Source: Podarcis filfolensis (lineage: Eukaryota). From it: a DNA stretch of 64,000 bases. Of the stretch, positions 1-8,490 are shown in pieces. Location of the stretch: assembly GCA_964270895.1 (NCBI GenBank), contig OZ185438.1. The stretch is one strand, 5' to 3'. The position numbers were made by a program, and so were the translations under genes. The notes under the pieces were generated by a model. The model made no database searches, was not told the DNA's origin, and worked only from the letters and a program-made list of their open reading frames with translations. Position 1 is the first letter of the stretch. Each line of letters starts with the position of its first letter.

Positions 1-47
1 TGGAAGTAAGTTGAATCTTACCTCAACACTGGCAATGGGGTACTGTT

Positions 48-342
48 TGAAATATACTCGGAGTCGAGTGTGGATTTCATGCTCTTTAATCAGCTCATAT
101 TAGTGAGGAATGGAAGTTCCCCCGAAATGTCTGCTTTATATACATTATTTACACAATGGGCCCCACGTGATTGGCTAGTTCCGGGATTCTCCTGTAGGCC
201 AATCAGGTTGCGGATTCACTTCCGCCTGGAGTTGGATTGGGTGGCTCCTGCGGACCAATCAGACTGCTGCCTTCTGAATCCTATTGTTCTAGGGCCAATC
301 AGACTACTGCAATTTGGATCCTATTCAATTCAGTACATAACA
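48..342 (-). mobile_element. Solo LTR, copy 1 (LTR retrotransposon/ERV)
   Basis: TG...CA termini with 5-bp TSD CTGTT (43-47, 343-347). Minus-strand TATA-like (TATATAAA) and ATTAAA signals, five CCAAT/ATTGG boxes. Homologous to 12092-12425. Confidence 0.85.
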
Positions 343-498
343 CTGTTCTTCTGAATACCAGTTGCTGTCTACCACAGGAGGGGAGAGTGCAGTTGCAAAA
401 GGAACGCAGCTCCAGCTTGTATCACATAAGCCAAGGCACATCTGTACATGCATCCTGACTGCTGAACTGCATGGCTCAGGACGGTTGCCTCTCTAGCT

Positions 499-1190
499 TA
501 GGGTTACCAGACGTCCCCGGTTCCCGGGGACAGTCCCCGGATTTGCAAATCTGTCCCCAGACAAATCCCGCCTCCGGAATGTCCCCAGAGTTGCAAATCT
601 GTTCCCAGGAAATGTGGCAGCGGCAGCCTCAGCAGCCTGGAGCCAGACTGGAGGTGCAGTTGACTCTGGCTGGCTTCAGGAGCTGCTCGCTGCCGTGGCG
701 CCCGCCATTTTTCCTCGCTGAAAGTCCCCATATGATGTGTTGCGCACAAGACACATCATATGGGAACTTCCAGGAGGCAAACTGGTGGGCGCCACGGCAG
801 CGAGCAGCAAGCGGCTTCTGAAGCCAGCCAGAGCCAACTGCGCTACCAGGCTGGCTCTGGGCTGCTGACTGCCACTGCCGCCGCCACTGCAGAAGGGGAA
901 CCGGGGACGTCCGGCGGTACAGATCTCCTGCCCCCTTCTCCCTTTGTTCTGACTGATCGGGGGAGGCTAGGGAGTTGTGGATGGGCGGCCGTTGTCCAGT
1001 TTTTTTAAAACTCTGCGCATTTATGTTTCACAGGGTGCAAAAGAAGGGCTTTGCACCTTTATACAATATGCATGTGTGCTTGGGCCCAGGGTCTTTCACC
1101 TTGCCATCCCCACTACTGACTCCCTGTTGCTACTCAGCTTCCAAAAAAAAAAAAAAAGCCCCATTCATTGAAAAAAATCTGGTAACCGTA
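499..1190. mobile_element. Non-autonomous hAT (Blackjack-like) element with long internal palindrome
   Basis: TIRs TAGGGTTACCAGA / TCTGGTAACCGTA and perfect 8-bp TSD CTCTAGCT (491-498, 1191-1198). Confidence 0.9.
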
Positions 1191-1519
1191 CTCTAGCTGC
1201 TCACTAGGCCTGAGGCCTTTCCGAATAGTATTGTCTGCAACATATGAAGAGGAAGCCGGCTATTAAGTGAGAGGCAACTAGCCAGCCAGACCAGGCAACC
1301 AGCAAGTGAGCACTGTCACCAGTGGGTTACTAGCTAAGGTGGATGGTGATGACTGGGGGGTATGGGGCTCGCCCTAGCCACTCGCTGCATCACAGCCACC
1401 TCACTCTGGCAGGAACAAAAAGGAAGCCTCCATATACTGAATCAGACCTTGGGTCCATCTAGCCTAGTACTGGCTACAGGAATTGAGATTCCTATCTGGC
1501 GATTCCAGGGATTGAGCCT

Positions 1520-1656
1520 GGTGCCAAGATTGCAAGTTCAATCTCTGTATGGGGCAGCTGCATCTTCCTGCACTGCGGGGGGTGGGGGTGGGGGTGGGGG
1601 TGGGGGTTTGGACTAGTTGATCCTCAGGGTCCCTTCCAACTCTATGACTGTATGAT
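1520..1656 (+). mobile_element. tRNA-derived SINE with CR1-type 3' tail (boundaries approximate)
   Basis: Degenerate B-box-like GATTGCAAGTTCAATC followed by the CR1 tail TTGGACTAG...GGTCCCTTCCAACTCTATGA. Contains an expanded (GGGGGT)n tract. Confidence 0.65.
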
Positions 1657-1828
1657 ATTCTGCATGCAAAACAGATGCTCTAGCACTGGGTTCCCCTTGG
1701 ACTGGCCCTGGAGCATTCATCAATCTACGTGACAGAAGCATCACTGTAAATAACAAGCCTATGTTGAGTTTTACACATATCAACCAGTGCCGGATTTACG
1801 TATATGCTAAATAGGCTATAGCTTAGGG

Positions 1829-2078
1829 CAGGGGTAGGCAACCTAAGGCCCGGGGGCCGGATGTGGCCCAATCGCCTTCTCAATCCGGCTCATGGACGGT
1901 CCAGGAATCAGTGTGTTTTTACATGAGTAGAATGTGCCCTTTTATTTAAAATGCATCTCTGGGTTATTTGTGGGGGATAGGAATTCATTCTTTTCTCTCT
2001 CCAAAATATAGTCCAGCCCAGCACATGGTCTGAGGGATGGTGAACTGGCCCACGGCTGAAAAAGGTTGCTGACCCCTG
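1829..2078 (+). mobile_element. hAT-Charlie/MER20-like MITE, copy 1
   Basis: TIRs CAGGGGTAGGCAA / TTGCTGACCCCTG and perfect 8-bp TSD GCTTAGGG (1821-1828, 2079-2086). Homologous to 61683-61935. Confidence 0.9.
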
Positions 2079-2182
2079 GCTTAGGGGTCCCACTCCTTTG
2101 GGCCCCACCAAAAAATTTCACTGTTAATAGACTTCTTCTTAATTGTATTTCAGTTCGGCATTTCAATTAGGGGGTTTGGCTG

Positions 2183-2191
2183 AAGATGGCG
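2183..2191 (+). promoter_or_regulatory. YY1-type motif at the LINE 5' end (putative internal promoter)
   Basis: AAGATGGCG about 27 nt inside the 5' boundary. YY1 sites close to the 5' end are established for mammalian L1 promoters. Confidence 0.5.
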
Positions 2192-2728
2192 CCGAGGTAA
2201 GACGCTCTTATCGGAGCTCAAAGAAATCTTTTAGCTAAATGCCTTTGTTGCTGGCTCTTCTCCTTCTTTTGGATTTTATTTCCTCTCACTACTTCGTATC
2301 TCATCTTCCTCGGTGCCGGGACTTAATGAAGTTAGTGAAGTTTTAACAAAGGCTCTCAGACATTCCCTGCCGGGCTTCAAGGCACTCCCTCCCAGTTTCT
2401 CTTTGACTCCGCGTGACAAACTTACTCCAAGGATTTTGAAGGACTTCTAATGGGCTTTTAACCCTAAAAACTACAAATTCATAAAACCACAAATTTCTCC
2501 CACCACCTTCAATTTCGTGGACCCCCAAACATCTCAGTTGTTTTAACAAACTGAGAAGAAGGGGGGGGGATACTGCAAAGGAGTGCTCTAATTGGACCCA
2601 GTTTTTAAACTCCTCGCAGCAGCCCACCTAGGACGGAATGAAAATTGAACGAGATTGCGACCTGAGAACTTTAATACTTTATCACTCTATTTAGAAGTCT
2701 GATCTCATTGATTTAAGAAGAATCTGCA

Positions 2729-4369
2729 ATGAGAAGAACCAAAAGACTCAGGTGTCTTGACACAGAAACTGACGCAGAGCCCTCTGGTTTCAAACAGAGT
2801 AAGCTAGATAAGTATCTGCTACCTCAAAAACAGCACATATCTCCTCCCAAAAACTCCCTCAACTCTTTACATGGAAAGACAGTTGAAGAGATATCCCTAG
2901 GAATAAACGAGGACAAGGCTACTACTCCCACAACCGAGGCACAAGTACTAATTGATAGAAAGGTGGAGCTGCTGGAGGAATGCTGCCTACTGACTGCTCA
3001 AACAGTTCAAAAAATCTTTGAACAATTACAAAACATCTTCAAGAAGCTGGATAACCCAGATGAAAGGAGGCAACTCACTCCCTTTTTGCCATCCTTAACA
3101 AGCCCTGGAGATAAACAGAACAAATACAAACTCATACCTCTAAACCAGCCAAAAATCAGAGGAAGCCCCCCTCACTCAGTCAACTTGATACTGAGGCCAT
3201 GTGAGATTGTTCTCCACATTTTTCCATACAGAGGGCCCCTACCTTACTGGGAGTCATCCTTTTGGGCCAGACATCATCTAAATCTGCTCCTAGGCCTTGA
3301 GGGGGGAAGGATTGACTTAAAAGCAGTCAAGAGGCTCACTAACGATGGATATTCCAAAAAAGTACTACTAAGATTTGGTAGTCATAGAATCCCAACCGAA
3401 ATCTTAAGGGAAAAGGCTCATTTAGCCCAGAAAGGAATTATTCCACGTCGACACTTTGAAGATATATCACTCAGACCATTGATTGCATCTAAAAGACAGA
3501 ACAAGATGAACAAGGCCATTCCAACAGAAGCCGATATCTGCCCTACTCCCGTGGAAGAACCCAGTAGATGGGAGAAACCGCTGCCAGCTACCCGGGAAAT
3601 CACGCAAGAAAAATCCAAGCTCCCAAACCATGCGATTGTAGCATCAATTAACAGCCTCGCCCTTGACACAACAGACTGGACAGTCCCAGAAGAAGAAGAT
3701 CTGCTGAGTAACTTTACCAACCTACCAGATAAAGAACAAATAAGCATACTCAGTAAACTGACGAAACTACAGGCCAAATTGATCGAAATTCACCAACAAG
3801 GTCAACAAAATGCAGTAGAAACAATACACAATCAAACTTCACACCTATCAGCCCTCTCCCCAAAATGCATAGTTAAAAAGAGAGCTACTAATGGAACTTT
3901 TAAATGTATAGATGCAGAGCTTCAAATCCAGCCTCCTTTAAAATATGAAATGACAAGGAAAAACTCCAGTAATGAGACCACAAATTCCTGGCTGAGATAT
4001 CAAATACTAGCCCCAAACGAAATAGGTACCCCTTATTTAAGTACTACAAAGGATTCTAACACTCCCGAACAAAAGATGACTTCCAACAGACCTGACACAT
4101 TGAGCTCAACATCAAATGAGACCAAAGAAATGGAAGTAGAGACCGAAAACAATCCTACGGTCCATAATAGTCCACCAACCACAGAAATCTCTCAGGAACA
4201 AGGAACAGCTAAGGAAGAAAATCAAGAAAGGGAGGAAATTCTAATTTCCCGCACTTTAAAAAAGAATCTAAAAGATCCACCATTATGTTCCCCACCGAAA
4301 GTAGTGACAAATGGCTGTATCGGCACAAGACAAAATTCCTCGCTGGACTCAATAACAGAATTAGAATGA
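2729..4369 (+). CDS. LINE ORF1 protein, 546 aa (putative coiled coil plus RRM-like region, low-complexity C-terminus)
   Basis: ATG-initiated uninterrupted ORF directly upstream of the EN/RT ORF inside the TSD-bounded element. Confidence 0.85.
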   Translation: MRRTKRLRCLDTETDAEPSGFKQSKLDKYLLPQKQHISPPKNSLNSLHGKTVEEISLGINEDKATTPTTEAQVLIDRKVELLEECCLLTAQTVQKIFEQLQNIFKKLDNPDERRQLTPFLPSLTSPGDKQNKYKLIPLNQPKIRGSPPHSVNLILRPCEIVLHIFPYRGPLPYWESSFWARHHLNLLLGLEGGRIDLKAVKRLTNDGYSKKVLLRFGSHRIPTEILREKAHLAQKGIIPRRHFEDISLRPLIASKRQNKMNKAIPTEADICPTPVEEPSRWEKPLPATREITQEKSKLPNHAIVASINSLALDTTDWTVPEEEDLLSNFTNLPDKEQISILSKLTKLQAKLIEIHQQGQQNAVETIHNQTSHLSALSPKCIVKKRATNGTFKCIDAELQIQPPLKYEMTRKNSSNETTNSWLRYQILAPNEIGTPYLSTTKDSNTPEQKMTSNRPDTLSSTSNETKEMEVETENNPTVHNSPPTTEISQEQGTAKEENQEREEILISRTLKKNLKDPPLCSPPKVVTNGCIGTRQNSSLDSITELE

Positions 4370-7300
4370 CTAAACGCTGTCAACCAGCCACCAACTCAAA
4401 AACGGATTCTACGCTTGCTGTCCTGGAATATTGCAGGGTGGGGAAACAAAGACGGAGACCCAGACCTAATGAACTTCTTTAAAGATTTTGAATTAATACT
4501 TCTACAAGAAACATGGTCAACTAGAGATATTAAAATCAATGGATTCTCCTCCTATACGAAACCCGCACTGAAAACAAACACGAAGGGCCGGCCGAAAGCA
4601 GGGTTCTGTTGTATGATCAAAGACAACTTAGGGTTTGAAATCAAGCAGCTAGAAAAATGCTTGCCACTTGCACAAGCCCTACTTTTAACCCAAAAAGAAG
4701 ATACTTTGCTACTTGTAAATGTCTATATCCCCCCATCCAAAAACAACAGCAACAGTGAAAATTGGTCACAACTAACCTTTTATATAGAAAATTTGACCGC
4801 TAAATACCCAAATGCCTCATTGATAATAGCAGGTGATTTTAATGCCAGAGTGGGAACCAACAATGAACAACTATGTAGCAAACTAAATTGGAATACTGAC
4901 AATGATATCGCACATGCCCTGAAAATAGGACGATTCTCCAGAGATAGGGTTGTAAACAACGAAGGCTTACGCCTACTTGAATTATGTAACAACTTTAATT
5001 TGCAGATTGTGAACGGTTCAACAAAAGGCGATAGAAGCGGGGAGTTTACATACTTCTCCCCCCGAGGATGCAGTGTCATCGACTATATTCTTGTCCCTTA
5101 TAATATTATAAATTCGATCATGGACCTCAAAATCGGAACGCGTACTGAAAGCGACCATCAGCCATTATTGTTGTCTATTAACTTAAAGGATGAAACCAAA
5201 ATAACCAAGCACAATATTATAAAACCCTCTCAATACAAACAAATGACCCAATTAAAATGGTCCCAGGAAATGAGTGCAGTAGTGGGGCAAAAACTTACAG
5301 CCAACCTGAGAAAACAAGTATTATCCAATTTAAAGACCACTAATTCCTACAGCGATATTCCGAAAATTTATAATGAAATCTTCCAAATGTTCGTAGAACT
5401 TAGTACTCCACCTAAAGTTTGGGTACTTAAACATAGCGCTAGCCCTTGGTTTGATGATGAATGTTTCCAGCTAAAAAGAAAACTGCGCCAAACATTTAAA
5501 AATAATCGCACTAAACTAGAGCCCTCTTATCTTGATGAAAAAAGAAAATATCATTACATTCTGGCCGAAAAGAAACAGAAATATGCAACCCAAAAATGGC
5601 TACAATTACTTGACTCAATTCAGAGCAAAAATAACAAAGCGTTCTGGAACCTAGTGTACGGAGGATTGAAAGCCGAAAATCAACTAACTCTACCACCAAT
5701 TGCAGAATCCAAATGGTCCCAATATTTTACATCTGTATTTAACAATCTACACAGTGAACTTAAAGGAAATGAAACCACTAAAAATAAAATCAATAAACTC
5801 CAGGAGTGGCCAAGGGTAGAAGAAGAGGAAATTAGAGAGATAGTTAAAAATTTCAAATCGGGGAAATCTCCTGGGCCAGACGGTCTACCAATAGAATTAT
5901 TTAAGACCTATATAGATTGGTGGGCAGAACCCTTAGCTCAATTGTTTACTCTCATAGATAAATATGGGATCATACCTGAGATATGGTTAAGATCAATAAT
6001 TATCCCAATCTTTAAAAATGGCGACCCAAAAGAACCAAGGAATTATAGACCGATAAGCCTATTATCAGTGATAGGGAAAATCTACGCTAAGCACCTTTTA
6101 TCTAAACTCCTTACCTGGATGAAAAATCTAAATTTACCAGGGAAAGAACAAATAGGTTTCTCCAAAGGTTGCTCTACATTAGACCACTGCCTTATACTTA
6201 TGCATTTGGTTGAAAAATACAGATCTCAAAGGCAATCTAAGATATTTGCTGCTTTTGTAGATTTTCGTGGTGCATTTGACTCAATTGACCGCCCAAAGCT
6301 GTGGAGGAAACTCGCAGAATTAAAAATTGATCAGCGCTTATTGATCCTAATAAAAAATTTATACTCTTCCAATATCTGTCAAGTCAAACTTAACACCAAA
6401 GGTCACCTTTCATCAGACATCCCAAACTCGAAAGGGGTAAAACAAGGGTGTATTCTTGCCCCCTTCCTATTTAATTTATTTTTATCAGACTTGCCAGATC
6501 ACCTTCAAAAAATAGAATCACATGCCCCTAAACTTAATCAGAAACCAGTTTCTCTGTTATTATACGCAGACGATGCTGTTCTACTATCATTAACGAGCTT
6601 GGGTCTGAAACGTCTTATATCTTCTCTGATCCTTTACTGCGAATGTAACAAGCTCTCTATAAATTACGAGAAGACAAAAATTTTGGTCTTCTCGAATGGT
6701 TGGAAATTAGAGAAATGGAAAATAAGAGGGCAGGAAATCCAACAAGTGAAAATCTATAGGTATCTGGGAATCTTATTCCAGAGCAATTTAGGGTGGGCAA
6801 ATCATCGCACAAATGCCATAAAACAGGCAAAGTGCACCTCATCAGCAGTTACCCGTTTTTATTATCAGAAAGGCAATCAATTTATTCCTGCGGCCAATCA
6901 GATATTCCAAACAAAAGTGCAATCCCAGATATTCTATGGAATACCGCTATGGGTCCAAGCATATAATAGTGATTTAAAAAAGATTCACTCCAGCTTTCTG
7001 AGACGTATTCTTGGACTCCCAGCTGTGATCAAATACGAAACAATGTGTGCAGAAATAGGCATACACACAATGGAATATTGGGCCTGGTCCACCTCAATAA
7101 AGTACTGGTTACGCTGCCATTTTCGCTGCCCTCCATCAAGTCTGCTCGCTGATTTGCTCAAAGACTCCTACAAATCAAGATGGTATCAGTACCTCGAAAA
7201 AAAGATTGAATCTTTAGGCATCGAGCTGGAGCCCCTGTACAATTCTAATGAGCAATACATTTTCCATAATATCCTAACTAGACTAAAGGATGTCGAGAGG

Positions 7301-7714
7301 CAAAATATTATGGCAGCTGTAAACAAAATTTGTTCGCCCATATTCTATGATTTAAATATCTTAGATAGCAGAGCCAATTACGTCACCAAATTAATAATTC
7401 CAGCCCAACGTAGGGCTTTTATGCTGGCCCGTTTGAATGTTTTTCCCTCAGCATTTGTCAGGGGAAGATATCAAAACATCCCTAGAAACAAGAGATTCTG
7501 CAGATGTTTTATGAATGTCCCGGACACGGTAGAGCACATTCTCTTTCAGTGCCCATTGTACAGTACGCTCCGTCAACGCGTGCTGTCCCCTCTTTTGGGT
7601 GGTCTGGAGCCCCAACAAGGTGAATGTGTGGGATTCTGCCTATCCGACGTTGACCAAAGGGTAACGGCGGGGGTAGCCGAGTTTTTGGTAGCAGTCCTCC
7701 AAGGAGCAGGTTAA
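4370..7714 (+). CDS. LINE ORF2: APE endonuclease, reverse transcriptase and C-terminal CCHC-type zinc motif (start codon undefined)
   Basis: APE motifs SWN, LQETW, GDFNA, IDY, SDH. RT motifs PGPDG, NYRPISLL, FVDFRGAFDSI, GVKQGCILAP, YADD, YLG. C-terminal CRC-x8-H-x4-C. Frame is open from the codon after the ORF1 stop; track start 4415 is a TTG. Confidence 0.95.
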   Translation, partial: LNAVNQPPTQKRILRLLSWNIAGWGNKDGDPDLMNFFKDFELILLQETWSTRDIKINGFSSYTKPALKTNTKGRPKAGFCCMIKDNLGFEIKQLEKCLPLAQALLLTQKEDTLLLVNVYIPPSKNNSNSENWSQLTFYIENLTAKYPNASLIIAGDFNARVGTNNEQLCSKLNWNTDNDIAHALKIGRFSRDRVVNNEGLRLLELCNNFNLQIVNGSTKGDRSGEFTYFSPRGCSVIDYILVPYNIINSIMDLKIGTRTESDHQPLLLSINLKDETKITKHNIIKPSQYKQMTQLKWSQEMSAVVGQKLTANLRKQVLSNLKTTNSYSDIPKIYNEIFQMFVELSTPPKVWVLKHSASPWFDDECFQLKRKLRQTFKNNRTKLEPSYLDEKRKYHYILAEKKQKYATQKWLQLLDSIQSKNNKAFWNLVYGGLKAENQLTLPPIAESKWSQYFTSVFNNLHSELKGNETTKNKINKLQEWPRVEEEEIREIVKNFKSGKSPGPDGLPIELFKTYIDWWAEPLAQLFTLIDKYGIIPEIWLRSIIIPIFKNGDPKEPRNYRPISLLSVIGKIYAKHLLSKLLTWMKNLNLPGKEQIGFSKGCSTLDHCLILMHLVEKYRSQRQSKIFAAFVDFRGAFDSIDRPKLWRKLAELKIDQRLLILIKNLYSSNICQVKLNTKGHLSSDIPNSKGVKQGCILAPFLFNLFLSDLPDHLQKIESHAPKLNQKPVSLLLYADDAVLLSLTSLGLKRLISSLILYCECNKLSINYEKTKILVFSNGWKLEKWKIRGQEIQQVKIYRYLGILFQSNLGWANHRTNAIKQAKCTSSAVTRFYYQKGNQFIPAANQIFQTKVQSQIFYGIPLWVQAYNSDLKKIHSSFLRRILGLPAVIKYETMCAEIGIHTMEYWAWSTSIKYWLRCHFRCPPSSLLADLLKDSYKSRWYQYLEKKIESLGIELEPLYNSNEQYIFHNILTRLKDVERQNIMAAVNKICSPIFYDLNILDSRANYVTKLIIPAQRRAFMLARLNVFPSAFVRGRYQNIPRNKRFCRCFMNVPDTVEHILFQCPLYSTLRQRVLSPLLGGLEPQQGECVGFCLSDVDQRVTAGVAEFLVAVLQGAG

Positions 7715-8199
7715 CAAGGAAAACCACTGATCTTATATGTATATAAATATATATGTATGTAGCCAACTGCTGCCTTTCTGTATATATCTCAAGGCTTTTA
7801 TATGTTACTTTTTCTTTTATCGTTTTATTTGTATAATGCCTAATAAAGGTTTGAATAAGTAAGTATTTCAGTTCAACAATTACTTCGATAAAATACATTT
7901 TGGTTATGTGCAAATGGCTTTAGATACCTATTAGGTCCATAAGGTATCATATAGCATATATTCAACACAAAAGACAAAGACAATTTGTTGCTGACAAAGG
8001 ACAGCTGGACATAGAAAGGGCCCCATTACCTTCAGTATCTTAGGGCCTCATCAAACCTAAATCCGGCCCAGATACCAACACCACCAACAATGAGGCATAC
8101 TTACTCATGTAAGTGCTCCTCATTACTGACTGCACACTCAATGTGATGCCACAACTCTTGGGTTGGGGCAACTGGCTAAAAGGTTTTAAAAGGTTTTAA

Positions 8200-8490
8200 A
8201 TGGTTCTAATTTTGGTTCCTCTGTTTTGTTTTTGTCGGTTTGATGTTGATTTAATGTTTAGTTGGGAATGGCGGTTATTTTAATTTGGGTATAACTGTAG
8301 ACTCTTTATTATTCCTCTTATTGTTACAATTATTGTTACTATTGGTTTCTATTGATTTATTGGTTTGTTTGCTGCTCTTTTAGGATATTTTGTTTTTTAC
8401 TGTTTGATGCTTTGCTGTGTTTTTATATATGTTGTAAGCCGCCCAGAGTGGCTGGGGAAACCCAGCAACATAAGCGGGATATAAATTTTA
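8200..8490 (+). mobile_element. L2 LINE 3' end fragment (boundaries approximate)
   Basis: T-rich 3'UTR ending TGTAAGCCGCCCAGAGTGGCTGGGGAAACCCAGC...GCGGGATATAAAT, similar to the L2 termini at ~10020-10070 and ~59865-59910. Confidence 0.65.

Larger units (their letters stand above)
2157..7862 (+). mobile_element. Full-length, apparently intact non-LTR retrotransposon (RTE-X-like LINE)
   Basis: Perfect 12-bp TSD GTATTTCAGTTC (2145-2156, 7863-7874). About 570-nt 5'UTR, two long uninterrupted ORFs, about 150-nt 3'UTR ending AATAAAGGTTTGAATAAGTAAGT. Clade call rests on recalled RT and C-terminal motifs. Confidence 0.92.
1785..8071. mobile_element. Non-autonomous hAT (Tip100/MER45-like) host element, interrupted by a MITE and a LINE
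   Basis: TIRs CAGTGCCGGATTTA / TAAATCCGGCCCAG. 8-bp TSD ATATCAAC (1777-1784) vs ATACCAAC (8072-8079), 7/8 match. Confidence 0.8.

Noticed and set aside
471-1008. Overlapping 80-116-aa ORFs on both strands
   Set aside because: Produced by the GC-rich palindromic interior of the hAT element; no transposase motifs.
2186-4388. Splicing from the 5'UTR donor to CAG 4385-4387 to supply ORF2 with an AUG
   Set aside because: The phase is incompatible (donor phase 2, acceptor phase 0) and the acceptor has no pyrimidine tract.
3418-6842. Antisense ORFs over the LINE (3418-3777, 4780-5079, 5511-5699, 6657-6842)
   Set aside because: Short, no motifs, and expected opposite long A-rich coding frames.
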